From contig CP064992.1 in assembly GCA_016699935.1 (NCBI GenBank), positions 450,001-482,000 on the forward strand: a DNA stretch of 32,000 nt, read 5' to 3'. Below, in pieces: positions 1 to 8,506 of this stretch. Numbering within the stretch: position 1 is the first letter of the stretch; each line of letters starts with the position of its first letter. The DNA is from Candidatus Saccharimonadota bacterium. GTDB lineage: Bacteria; Patescibacteriota; Saccharimonadia; Saccharimonadales; UBA4665. The translations under genes were made by a program, and so were the position numbers. The notes under the pieces are model-generated. The model was not told the DNA's origin, ran no database searches, and saw nothing but the letters and a program-made list of their open reading frames with translations.

Positions 1-2389
1 GCGCGAAGTGGCGATACGCACCATAAATCACCTTGGTATCATCGGTGAATGCAACATTCAGTACGCGCTGCACCCGTCTAGTGGCGAGTACCGCGTCATA
101 GAGGTGAACGCTCGGCTGAGTCGCTCGAGCGCGCTTGCCTCTAAGGCTACCGGCTATCCGCTGGCATTCGTAGCCTCCAAGCTCATGCTGGGCAAGCGCT
201 TGTACGAGATTAAAAATACCGTCACTGGTAAAACCTCTGCTTTCTACGAACCAGCGCTGGATTATCTGGCCGTGAAAATGCCACGCTGGGATTTGCAAAA
301 ACTCAAAAGCAGCGACCATCACATCGGTTCCGAAATGAAAAGCGTTGGTGAAGTGATGGCTCTCGGGCGTTCATTCCCTGAGGCGCTGCAGAAAGCAACG
401 CGGATGCTCAACATTGGGGCGAACGGCTTGAGCATACATGCACACGATATTTCGAACCCTATGGACGAGATTGCTCATCCGACCGACCGCCGCCTGTTTG
501 CAATTTATGAGGCGCTGAAACAAGGGGTTACGGCAGATGAAATCCACCAGGCTTCCCATATAGACCGCTGGTTTCTTGACCACATCGTAGCCATATATAA
601 CACCGAGCAGCAGCTAAAAGAGCACCGGCTTGATGCGGCTCGCTTGCAGCATGCCAAAAATGGGTTTCAGCGACACTGTAATCGGTATGCTGACAAGCCA
701 GACCGAACAGCAAATTCGGAATAAACGTATTAAATACGGTATTACGCCGGTCATCAAACAAATTGATACTTTGGCAGGTGAATTCGACGCTGAGACGAAC
801 TACCTGTATGCGACTTACCACGGCACACAACACGACATAGTACCGCTAAGTAAAAACAGCAATTGTAATTGGCTCTGGGCCATATTCGATTGGTTCTTCG
901 GTTGAATTCGACTGGTCTGCGGTCAACACCGCCAAGACGCTACATCAAAACAAGTACAGCACTATTATCGTAAACTCTAACCCAGAAACAGTATCTACCG
1001 ATTTTGATCGGTCCGATCGACTGTACTTTGACGAACTAACCCTAGAGCGAATCCAGGATATTGCCGATTTTGAGCAGCCCAAGGGCATAGTTGTCTCCGT
1101 TGGTGGCCAAATTGCCAATAACCTTGCCCTGCCCTTGCACAAAGCCGGCTATCCAATAATGGGTACTTCACCACTCAAAATTGACATGGCCGAAGATCGG
1201 CAGAAATTCTCGGCAATGCTAGGGCGTCTCGGCATCGATCAGCCAACCTGGACTGAGGTGACCTCCCTGTCAGCTGCCAAAAAGTTTGCCAAGAAAGTTG
1301 GCTATCCTGTGCTGATTCGTCCATCGTATGTACTGTCTGGCGGTGCGATGAGTGTGGTTCGCACTGAGCCAGAGATGGAGCATTACCTAACAGCTGCTAC
1401 TAAACTTTCGCCCAATCACCCTACGGTTATTTCCCAATTCGTTCAGAATGCCAAAGAGTTGGAAATAGACGGTGTTGCACTAAATGGGCATCTTGTCATC
1501 TACGCTATATCTGAACACATCGAAAATGCTGGGGTACACTCGGGCGATGCCACGGTGGTCTACCCCGCCCAGCGGCTATATCTGGAAACCGTGCGTCGTG
1601 CCAAGTTAATTGCTAAGCAAGTTGCGAAAAATCTCGATATCACGGGGCCGTTCAACATCCAGTTCATCGCCAAAGACAATGACCTCAAAGTTATCGAGTG
1701 CAATGTGCGAGCCTCTCGCTCTTTCCCCTTCGTGTCGAAAGTGTCAGGCTACAACTTCATCCAGATAGCCACTGAAGCCATGCTCGGCCAGGAGCACCCA
1801 GAAATATACCTGACGCTGAGTCTAGATCATGTCGGCGTAAAGACACCGCAGTTCTCCTACAACCGTATGAAGGGAGCTGACCCTGTAGCGGGCGTGGAGA
1901 TGGCTTCCACGGGCGAAGTAGCATGCTTTGGTTCAGAAATAGAAACGGCGTTTTACCGTTCGTGGCTTGCCACCGAGCAACGCATAGGTGGCAAGCGGGT
2001 TCTGATAAGCCTCGCCGATGAACAAAAGTACAAGTTTATTGAAGAAGCGTCAACTTGTTACAAACGGTTGGACGGTCTACGCCACGCCTGGCACGCATGA
2101 TTTTCTGAAAGGCCATGATATTGCAACCAAACGTGTCTACAAAGTCCAAGGTAAGCAAACGCCAAATCTCGCTGACCTCATTCGTAGTCACAAACTAGAT
2201 TTGATGGTCAGCATTCCTTCACGCCAAGAAAAGAGCGATGAAGCCTACCTCATGCGCCGTCTCGCTATCGACAATCACATTCCTCTCTTCACAAACGCCG
2301 AAACTGGCCGCTTGCTACTACGCTGTCTGACCGACCCAAGTCTCGTTGACCTCCAGCCCAAACACTGGCGCGAGTACGTCCCACGGTGA
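1..2389 (+). pseudogene. carB: carbamoyl-phosphate synthase large subunit, 5'-truncated by window edge and frame-disrupted as sequenced (>=3 breaks; may be sequencing artefact)
   Basis: ORFs 8..724 (frame 2), 630..905 (frame 3), ~850..2100 (frame 1) and 2018..2389 (frame 2) read end-to-end as one CarB. Motifs: EVNARLSRSSALASKATGYPLA, MKSVGEVMA, IVIGSGPYSIGSSVEFDW, NSNPETVSTDFDRSDRLYF, IRPSYVLSGGAM, EHIENAGVHSGD, MGS-like tail GWTVYATPGT. Breaks at A5 656-660, A5 852-856 and ~2047-2056. Confidence 0.9.
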
Positions 2390-2416
2390 GCGAACTGTTT
2401 ATATCAGATTTTATTA

Positions 2417-2445
2417 TTGACTTTATAAAAAGATTATGCTATTGT
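2417..2445 (+). promoter_or_regulatory. putative sigma70 promoter of the orphan gene
   Basis: TTGACT (2417-2422), 17-nt spacer, TATTGT (2440-2445) preceded by TG (2437-2438). AT-rich context. AAGGA (2470-2474) lies 7 nt before ATG 2482. Confidence 0.5.
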
Positions 2446-2481
2446 TAAATACATTCAGTAAAAATATAAAAGGAAATAAAA

Positions 2482-3280
2482 ATGTTAAATAAACGCAAAA
2501 AGAATCAAGTGTAGACGTACAAGATAAGCCAGGCGTACCAGACGAAGTCACAAAACCTCGCGAAAGCTGCATTGTGGGTGCCAAGCGAAGGTGACAAGGC
2601 TTATATTACGGCTGGCGATGTGCTTGTAGTCGATAAAAGACGGGGAAATGGTTTTCATCCTGGAATCGCCAAAGAAATCTACGCAAAAGGACAGGAACGA
2701 CTAAAAAGCCCCTTACCACGGCAGAAAGTCTGGCAGTATTACGCCATCTATATACATCTACCAAAAAGGCAGCAGCAGATGCTTATGAGAAGAAGCGGGA
2801 TAACGGCGCCTCTACGGAACAAATGCAAAAAGCGGATGACCTAGAAGGTGATCGGCGTGCAGTAGATAGACTTGACTGTGTGCTCAGTGGTGGTACCATG
2901 GGTGATAAATTTAGCGACGATGATAGGAACAGTTTCAAAGGCATGTCTGTTGCCGATAGACTAGATGATTTTGTACGACGTTATGCAAGTCTAGATACCC
3001 CTAGTGTATATCTAAATAATACGGGGGTACAGTGCGCGTTGGTGATGGCAACGAAGTGCATCACGTTGGTTATAATAACAGCAGCCTATACGAGGGAGTT
3101 CGTGCACGGCAAATTTGGGAGAAAATGCAGGATGATCCTAAACGATGTCGGCTTGATGTACTAGAAATGAGTGATGGTCAGCAGCCCGACAGCACGTGGC
3201 TTATTGATGGACCTGCCGTTGTGCCAGAGGAACTGATGCCTGTGTATGCTGATGCCGCTGCTACTGCAGTTCAGAGTTAA
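2482..3280 (+). pseudogene. hypothetical protein, multiply frame-disrupted as sequenced
   Basis: ATG 2482 has a good SD, but a stop follows at 2512-2514 after 10 codons. Protein-like text continues through ORFs 2572..2844, 2823..3164 and 3032..3280 only by changing frame near ~2685-2700 and at G5 3023-3027 (...YLNNTG/GTVRVGDGNEVHHVGYNN...). I recognise no family. Confidence 0.45.
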
Positions 3281-3477
3281 TCACATGTTTGGCTCACTTT
3301 GCTGAAATAAGTGACGGATTTGGCCGATAGGATTATGGGTTGTCTTGCTGGGTGCAACCTATCAAATACAACGAAATAATGCTTTGCCCGACAGCCCACC
3401 ACGTATATCAACGAAATATTCTAAATCATTCCCAGCTATCCGTTAGAAGAATTTTTTGGTCTTGTTTTGCGACAGTC

Positions 3478-3486
3478 TGGTATTAT
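3478..3486 (+). promoter_or_regulatory. extended -10 (TGgTATTAT) 7 nt upstream of gpsA ATG
   Basis: TGg at 3478-3480, TATTAT at 3481-3486, ATG at 3494. There is no room for an SD. Confidence 0.5.
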
Positions 3487-3493
3487 ACATCTC

Positions 3494-4369
3494 ATGCAGG
3501 TTTCTTTACTCGGTAATGGTGTATTTGGTAGCGCTATTGGTTCGGTACTAGAGCATAACGGTGTGAGGCCTCAGTATGCAGATATTGGTCAGCCTTTGAC
3601 GAGCAATGCGGATGTGCTCATTATACTCGTTCCGACTCAAGCTATTCGTAGCGCTCTCAAGGACAATAGTCATGCCGTGACAGACAGTACCATTATTGTC
3701 AGCTGTTCGAAAGGCATCGAAGAGGCTACGCACTTTCTCCCACACCAGATTGTGGCGGACATGGGCATAAAAAATCCTTACTATAGCCTACTTGGCCCTT
3801 CTTTTGCCGAGAACATTATAGAGCGACAACCAACCATCATGTCTCTTGGTTATGACGACTATGAGCACGTCGATGAGCTACAAAGCCTACTCCAAAATGA
3901 TTATTTTCGCATTCGACCAATTGAGGGCTGTGAAATGTTGGAGATGGCGGCCGCCTTCAAAAATATATATGCAATTAGTTGTGGCTACGCTCAAGGCTTG
4001 GGTTATGGTGCAAACACGCGTGCAGCACTCATAACACTCGCTCTTCAGGAGTTTGCTGCGCTGGCACATGCCAAAGGGTTTACCGGCTATGATGTTTTGT
4101 CACCAGGAGTATTGGGGGATATGGTGCTAACCTGCTCTTCTGATAAAAGCCGAAATTTTCAGTTTGGCCACGAACTTGCCGAATCAACAGATACTGCTCA
4201 CTTGTCAGCTCAAGCAAAAACAACCGAAGGTTACCATACCGCCCATTCAGTTCTCGCAATTGCCGAACAGGCTGGTTTGCGCTTACCTCTTGCCGAGCTT
4301 ACAGCTAGGGTTGTGCATCATCCTGGACCTCATGACGAGACATTTCGCGCTTTTATGGCGCAGTGTTAA
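3494..4369 (+). CDS. gpsA: NAD(P)H-dependent glycerol-3-phosphate dehydrogenase
   Basis: ORF 3467..4369. Start chosen at ATG 3494 (MQVSLLGNGVFGSAIG is the Rossmann N-terminus). Further motifs: SCSKGIE, LLGPSFAENI, NIYAISCGYAQGLGYGANTRAALITLALQEF. Confidence 0.85.
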   Translation: MQVSLLGNGVFGSAIGSVLEHNGVRPQYADIGQPLTSNADVLIILVPTQAIRSALKDNSHAVTDSTIIVSCSKGIEEATHFLPHQIVADMGIKNPYYSLLGPSFAENIIERQPTIMSLGYDDYEHVDELQSLLQNDYFRIRPIEGCEMLEMAAAFKNIYAISCGYAQGLGYGANTRAALITLALQEFAALAHAKGFTGYDVLSPGVLGDMVLTCSSDKSRNFQFGHELAESTDTAHLSAQAKTTEGYHTAHSVLAIAEQAGLRLPLAELTARVVHHPGPHDETFRAFMAQC

Positions 4370-4416
4370 AGCCATTACGTAACAACCACCCAGCGTATTG
4401 GCCTCGTGAGTCGAGC

Positions 4417-5028
4417 TTAGTGTCGATTTTGGTGAAAAAAAGTAATCTCAAAGTAGTCAATTCCCAAAGCCTCTGCTGCACCCTTGTCGTTGCTACTATC
4501 GCCAACAAAAAGGTATTCAGTGCGGGCTATCCCCCGCTTAAGGAGCTGCCAACCTTCGGGGTGTGGTTTTGTTTGCCGAACGTCTTCTCGGCTAACAATC
4601 TGCTTGAAAAGGTGTCGGATTCCTAGTTCGGTTAGGGCTTTTTCGGCAGTTGAGCGCATATTTCCGGTCCAAATGTAGAGAGTTTTGCCATTTTTTGCCA
4701 GCTCGTGAACGGCCTGAACCAGTTCATCATGTGGCGTGTGGGCAAAATATGTGCTCTCAAACTCTTCAGAAGCCTCTAGCAGGGCTGGCAAGAAACTTTC
4801 ATGAGATTCTATGTGGTCATTGGCAATTTGCCCCCAGCCGGCTCCTGGAGCAGCCAAAATTGCCCGTCTGAATGAATCAGCAACCTCAGCTGGTAGGCGA
4901 CGCGCTATCAGCTCCACCCATTCATCCCACGGCATGTTCAACAGCGTGAGGGTTGCATCCATATCAAAAATGATATGGCTATAACCCCTTTGGTCAATGG
5001 TTTTTAGAAGTTTTCCTACCTCTGACAT
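4417..5028 (-). CDS. HAD-superfamily hydrolase (subfamily IA-like)
   Basis: 203-aa ORF. DxDxT motif IIFDMDATLT, KPHPE, C-terminal GDSSNDKGAAEALGI. Confidence 0.85.
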   Translation of the reverse strand: MSEVGKLLKTIDQRGYSHIIFDMDATLTLLNMPWDEWVELIARRLPAEVADSFRRAILAAPGAGWGQIANDHIESHESFLPALLEASEEFESTYFAHTPHDELVQAVHELAKNGKTLYIWTGNMRSTAEKALTELGIRHLFKQIVSREDVRQTKPHPEGWQLLKRGIARTEYLFVGDSSNDKGAAEALGIDYFEITFFHQNRH

Positions 5029-5034
5029 GGCGCT

Positions 5035-5043
5035 ATTGTATCA
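5035..5043 (-). promoter_or_regulatory. extended -10 (TGaTACAAT on minus strand) 6 nt upstream of HAD ATG
   Basis: The complement of 5035-5043 reads TGATACAAT. The start codon is the complement of 5026-5028. Confidence 0.5.
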
Positions 5044-5154
5044 TTTCATTTCAGATTTGTGCCTCGCTTCCCCACTTTGCACAAGAACACGGTGTGTAAA
5101 TATGTTCCGTTATAGCGTCTATTTTTACACATGTCGTTACCTGGTTCTCTAAGG

Positions 5155-5160
5155 TATAAT
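5155..5160 (+). promoter_or_regulatory. -10 hexamer TATAAT 6 nt upstream of HIT ATG
   Basis: TATAAT 5155-5160, GGGGGT, then ATG 5167. Confidence 0.45.
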
Positions 5161-5166
5161 GGGGGT

Positions 5167-5576
5167 ATGCAAGATTCGATATTTACGAAGATTATCAAGG
5201 GTGAAATCCCCTGTCACAAAGTTTACGAAGACGCATACACGCTCGCATTTCTCGATATTCACCCCATCCAGCCCGGGCACGTTCTGGTTGTCCCTAAAAA
5301 CAGATAGGGTTTGTGTGGGATTTCGATTCGGAGGATTACCAACATCTTATGGAAACGGTTCAGAAGGTCGGCCGACGAATACGGGAAGCGTATCCCGACA
5401 AGGCTCGAGTCGGCGTTATGGTAGAAGGTCTAGATGTTGCCGACCATGCTCACATAAAAATCTTTCCCTTTTCGACCCCAGAAGAATTCCGCAGTGTACC
5501 AGATATGTCTGTCGAGCCAGACCACGCGGCTCTAGCCGTAGTGGCGCAAAATTTACGCATGGAGGATGGCTTATGA
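5167..5576 (+). pseudogene. HIT-family (histidine triad) protein, one frameshift as sequenced
   Basis: ATG 5167 gives [44 protein letters not shown], then a stop. ORF 5313..5576 continues with WDFDSEDYQHL...VADHAHIKIFP. Adding one A to A5 5296-5300 joins them ([12 protein letters not shown]). Confidence 0.8.
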
Positions 5577-5746
5577 GCCCAGTATTTGTCGCACTATTGT
5601 TTGCCGTAGGAGTCGGTACGTGGGTATATACAAAACTCCAGCAGCGCACTGGCTACGGGAACAGTAAAGATGCACTCAAGGGCGCCGCCATCGCCGGAGG
5701 AATTGCGTTTGTGGTCTTGCTTACCATTGGCCTCACGTTTTTATAG
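5573..5746 (+). CDS. small two-helix membrane protein (57 aa)
   Basis: ATG 5573 overlaps the HIT stop (ATGA). MSPVFVALLFAVGVGTWVY...AAIAGGIAFVVLLTIGLTFL has two hydrophobic segments. It is the only sensible part of track ORF 5159..5746. Confidence 0.45.
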   Translation: MSPVFVALLFAVGVGTWVYTKLQQRTGYGNSKDALKGAAIAGGIAFVVLLTIGLTFL

Positions 5747-5821
5747 ACGCATGCTTCGGTTCTTTCTGGCTAATTCTGGGAAATCACAGCCCGAGAAACT
5801 TTCGAAACAACCATATTCTTT

Positions 5822-5830
5822 TGGTACAAT
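5822..5830 (+). promoter_or_regulatory. extended -10 (TGgTACAAT) for the 5860 operon
   Basis: TGgTACAAT at 5822-5830. GGGGGA SD at ~5844-5849. ATG 5860. Confidence 0.5.
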
Positions 5831-5859
5831 ACTATTGAACAATGGGGGATACTTGAACC

Positions 5860-6504
5860 ATGCCATTTACAGGTAACGGTACCGGCATACGTAATGCGGA
5901 CGACGTATTCTTTAGCGGTGTCTCGCAGAACAACACCATCAAATACAATAGTACGACTGCAAAATGGACTAACGCTGCACTTGTTAAAAGTGATATTGGG
6001 CTTGCGAACGTAGACAATACGAGCGACGGTAACAAGCCAATTAGTAGTGCGACGCAGGCGGCTCTAAATACCAAGACTTCTACAACTGATTTTGCGAATC
6101 TACAGGGCAGTGTTGCCGTGAGGGAAGATTTGTACAGCAGCTTCCCTATGCCCGATATTATCAATGCGACAAAGCAGGTGTTTGTGCATGCGTGCCTTGC
6201 TGATACGCAGCACTTGCATCAGGTGGCGTTTGTCTTTGACAGTGCTGTAGCTGCGGACGATGTCAACTATTGGCAGTTTAGTCTTGTTCGAGTGAACGGT
6301 GGTGGTGCGACAAACATTGCGTTTAAGTCCACAAAAGCAACAGGTGGGGAGCCAATTGTTAGATATGTTGCATGGGATTTTGATGCTGTAAACACCGGAG
6401 CAGCAACGTTTAGTAAGGGTGATTTGTTGATAGTACGCATGACTAAATATGGTACGGCAGGAGATCTGCTGAACGGTGTGATGACATACCGAATGGGCGT
6501 ATAG
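5860..6504 (+). CDS. hypothetical protein with phage tail-fibre-like N-terminal motif
   Basis: 214-aa ORF with an SD. KSDIGLANVDNTSDGNKPISSATQAALNTK resembles, from memory, the GLGNVDNTSDxxKPxSxAxQxAL motif of phage tail-fibre and minor tail proteins. The C-terminal ~130 aa are unassigned. Confidence 0.65.
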   Translation: MPFTGNGTGIRNADDVFFSGVSQNNTIKYNSTTAKWTNAALVKSDIGLANVDNTSDGNKPISSATQAALNTKTSTTDFANLQGSVAVREDLYSSFPMPDIINATKQVFVHACLADTQHLHQVAFVFDSAVAADDVNYWQFSLVRVNGGGATNIAFKSTKATGGEPIVRYVAWDFDAVNTGAATFSKGDLLIVRMTKYGTAGDLLNGVMTYRMGV

Positions 6505-6515
6505 GGGCTGTACGG

Positions 6516-7415
6516 ATGAGTCTTCGCATTCCTCCGGCGGCAAACACCATTCACTGTATAGGCGATACTCATATTTCCTATTTTTTTACGCCCGTAAAAC
6601 AATCAATACTTCTGCGAGATTTGGCAAAACCAAGCGTGCCAAAGGTGGCATATACCTTTCAGGTGGGAGATCATACCAACGAGCAGCCAGGTGAAGACAC
6701 TGCTGCGTTAGCATTTTATGATGAGCTACGCACCCAGTTTGGCACCGAGGTATATGTTACGTACGGTAATCATGATATTCGCTCGACGGTTGCTAGCCCG
6801 ACAATGGGGCCTGCGGACAATTGCGGACTTTGTCGCATTGTATGGATTGCCCGCGGCAAGTTATACGGTGGATATCGGGCTCGCTATTGTTATTATGCTT
6901 GGGATTGATTCGAGTTTACTATCTATGCTCCTAGTCCTCGCATTGGGTATAGTGCAGCAACGCTGGCATGGCTTACAGCACAGCTTGATGCATCAACTAA
7001 ACCCGCTATCATCGTGACGCATCCTGCTCTCAAAGATACAGTTGGGGTTGGTGATGCCGGCGAGATCGCGTCCAGCCAAGGCTATTGGTATGCTGACCCC
7101 GATACGACCATCAGAAGTATTATCGCGAATCATGGCGAAGTAATAGCCTGGGTTTCAGGTCATGTGCATGCTAATCTCACGTCTCCGAACTTCGTGAAAA
7201 CGCTCACTATAGGTACCAGAGTAGTTGCCGCTATCGCGACATCATCTCTTGGCTATACCGGACGAGATCCCCAGTGGTGGGATCCAATGCCGACCGTGTA
7301 TGTCACTTTATACGACAACTATCTTGAAGTTCGTTTCCGTGACCATGGTGCGGGTCAGTGGTTGAGTGCAAATGTTAATGGGACGATGCAAAATCTAGCT
7401 ACCATTGCGAGATAA
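6516..7415 (+). pseudogene. calcineurin-like metallophosphoesterase, two frameshifts as sequenced
   Basis: All five MPE motifs are present across three ORF pieces (6516..6908, 6718..7017, 7014..7415): CIGDTH, QVGDHTN, GNHD, VTHPAL, VSGHVH. Breaks lie near G4 6806-6809 and ~6906-6912. Confidence 0.8.
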
Positions 7416-7554
7416 TTAGATGATTGCGCGGGCAGTTTCACTATGTCACCAGACTACCGAAGCTGCCAAAGGACATCTTAGTTGGCCTCAAAATATTGGA
7501 TGCACCAGGAATGAATAAGATAAAACTATCCTCTCTTTGGTATGGAAGATAGGG

Positions 7555-8400
7555 CTATACGGGTTGCAGGGCCGTCGAGATGGCGACGATTGCTTCCTCT
7601 GGTTGGTAGGACTGGAATTTCATGGTGTGCCAACCGAGACGACTGGCAGCGACGAGATTTGGTCGGTCATCATCGATAAGCAGGATCTCCTGGGGCGATA
7701 GTCCAGTTCGATCAGCGGCAATCTGGTATATTTGCTCCTCGGGCTTTATGGCTTTCACCTCTGATGAGTCGATGATTATCTCGAAGTCTATTGCGGGGAG
7801 CAGGCCATTTAACTGCATTGTCTGGACAAGCCCGGGCATGGTGTTTGTTAGTAGTCCTACACGGTAATTTGCGGCTACCCATGTGACCAGCTCGTTCATA
7901 CCCGGCATGACCTCTTGTGCGTCCAGGTAATACTGGTACCAGTCAACCATAATGCCGAGGCGCTCTGCGAGAGCAGTATTGAGTTCGTCAATAGTCTTTT
8001 CTCCTCGGCAGACCGCATCGTTATATTGCCAATATACTGTCTCGACAGTGTCGGGCGCAGCCCCGCTCTCTTCGGCCAGACGGGTGAATGCGCTTGAGGC
8101 GGCACGCACCAGGCAGCCATTCATATCGAAGTAAACAAACTTTATTCCATTTTGTGATGTTCGTTTCTCTGGAGGAGCACTTTGGGTGGCGGTAACATTC
8201 GCAAGTAGCTGGTCAAGTGTGATACCGAGCGTTGTCGCAATTTGCTGGATCGTAAAAACTGACGGTGCTTTTATGGCGCCGCGTTCGATCTTCGCGAGTG
8301 TCGAATAGCTCAAGCCCGATTTTTGGCAGAGTGTCTGCTGTGTGAATCCTGCGGCTCGCCGCGCTTGTTGCACGACGGCCCCCAACCGCTTCTCATCCAT
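7555..8400 (-). CDS. XRE-family HTH domain fused to HAD-like hydrolase domain
   Basis: ORF 7555..8421. Start chosen at ATG 8400 (MDEKRLG...). N-terminus FTQQTLCQKSGLSYSTLAKIERG is an XRE HTH. C-terminal two thirds: VYFDMNGCLV, LLTNT, KPEEQIY, LLIDDDRPNLVAA (HAD IA pattern). Confidence 0.8.
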   Translation of the reverse strand: MDEKRLGAVVQQARRAAGFTQQTLCQKSGLSYSTLAKIERGAIKAPSVFTIQQIATTLGITLDQLLANVTATQSAPPEKRTSQNGIKFVYFDMNGCLVRAASSAFTRLAEESGAAPDTVETVYWQYNDAVCRGEKTIDELNTALAERLGIMVDWYQYYLDAQEVMPGMNELVTWVAANYRVGLLTNTMPGLVQTMQLNGLLPAIDFEIIIDSSEVKAIKPEEQIYQIAADRTGLSPQEILLIDDDRPNLVAASRLGWHTMKFQSYQPEEAIVAISTALQPV

Positions 8401-8408
8401 ATAACCCC

Positions 8409-8414
8409 ATTGTA
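8409..8414 (-). promoter_or_regulatory. -10 hexamer TACAAT 8 nt upstream of XRE-HAD ATG
   Basis: The complement of 8409-8414 is TACAAT. The start codon is the complement of 8398-8400. Confidence 0.45.
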
Positions 8415-8506
8415 CTAGCAATGCGGGTTCAGCGCTAGCCGTATTTGGGTATAGCGTTTCCGCAGTTTCCGCCTAAAGCTGACAATATTTCAAAAAACTC
8501 AGGGTT

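Noticed and set aside
5159-5746. 195-aa ORF spanning the HIT locus
   Set aside because: It is an out-of-frame read-through of the HIT gene with an Arg/Ser-rich, non-protein-like composition. Only its last 57 codons, the small membrane ORF from ATG 5573, look real.
5860-7415. Prophage remnant
   Set aside because: Only one phage-like sequence motif is present. There is no integrase, terminase, capsid or att-like repeat, and the flanks are housekeeping genes.
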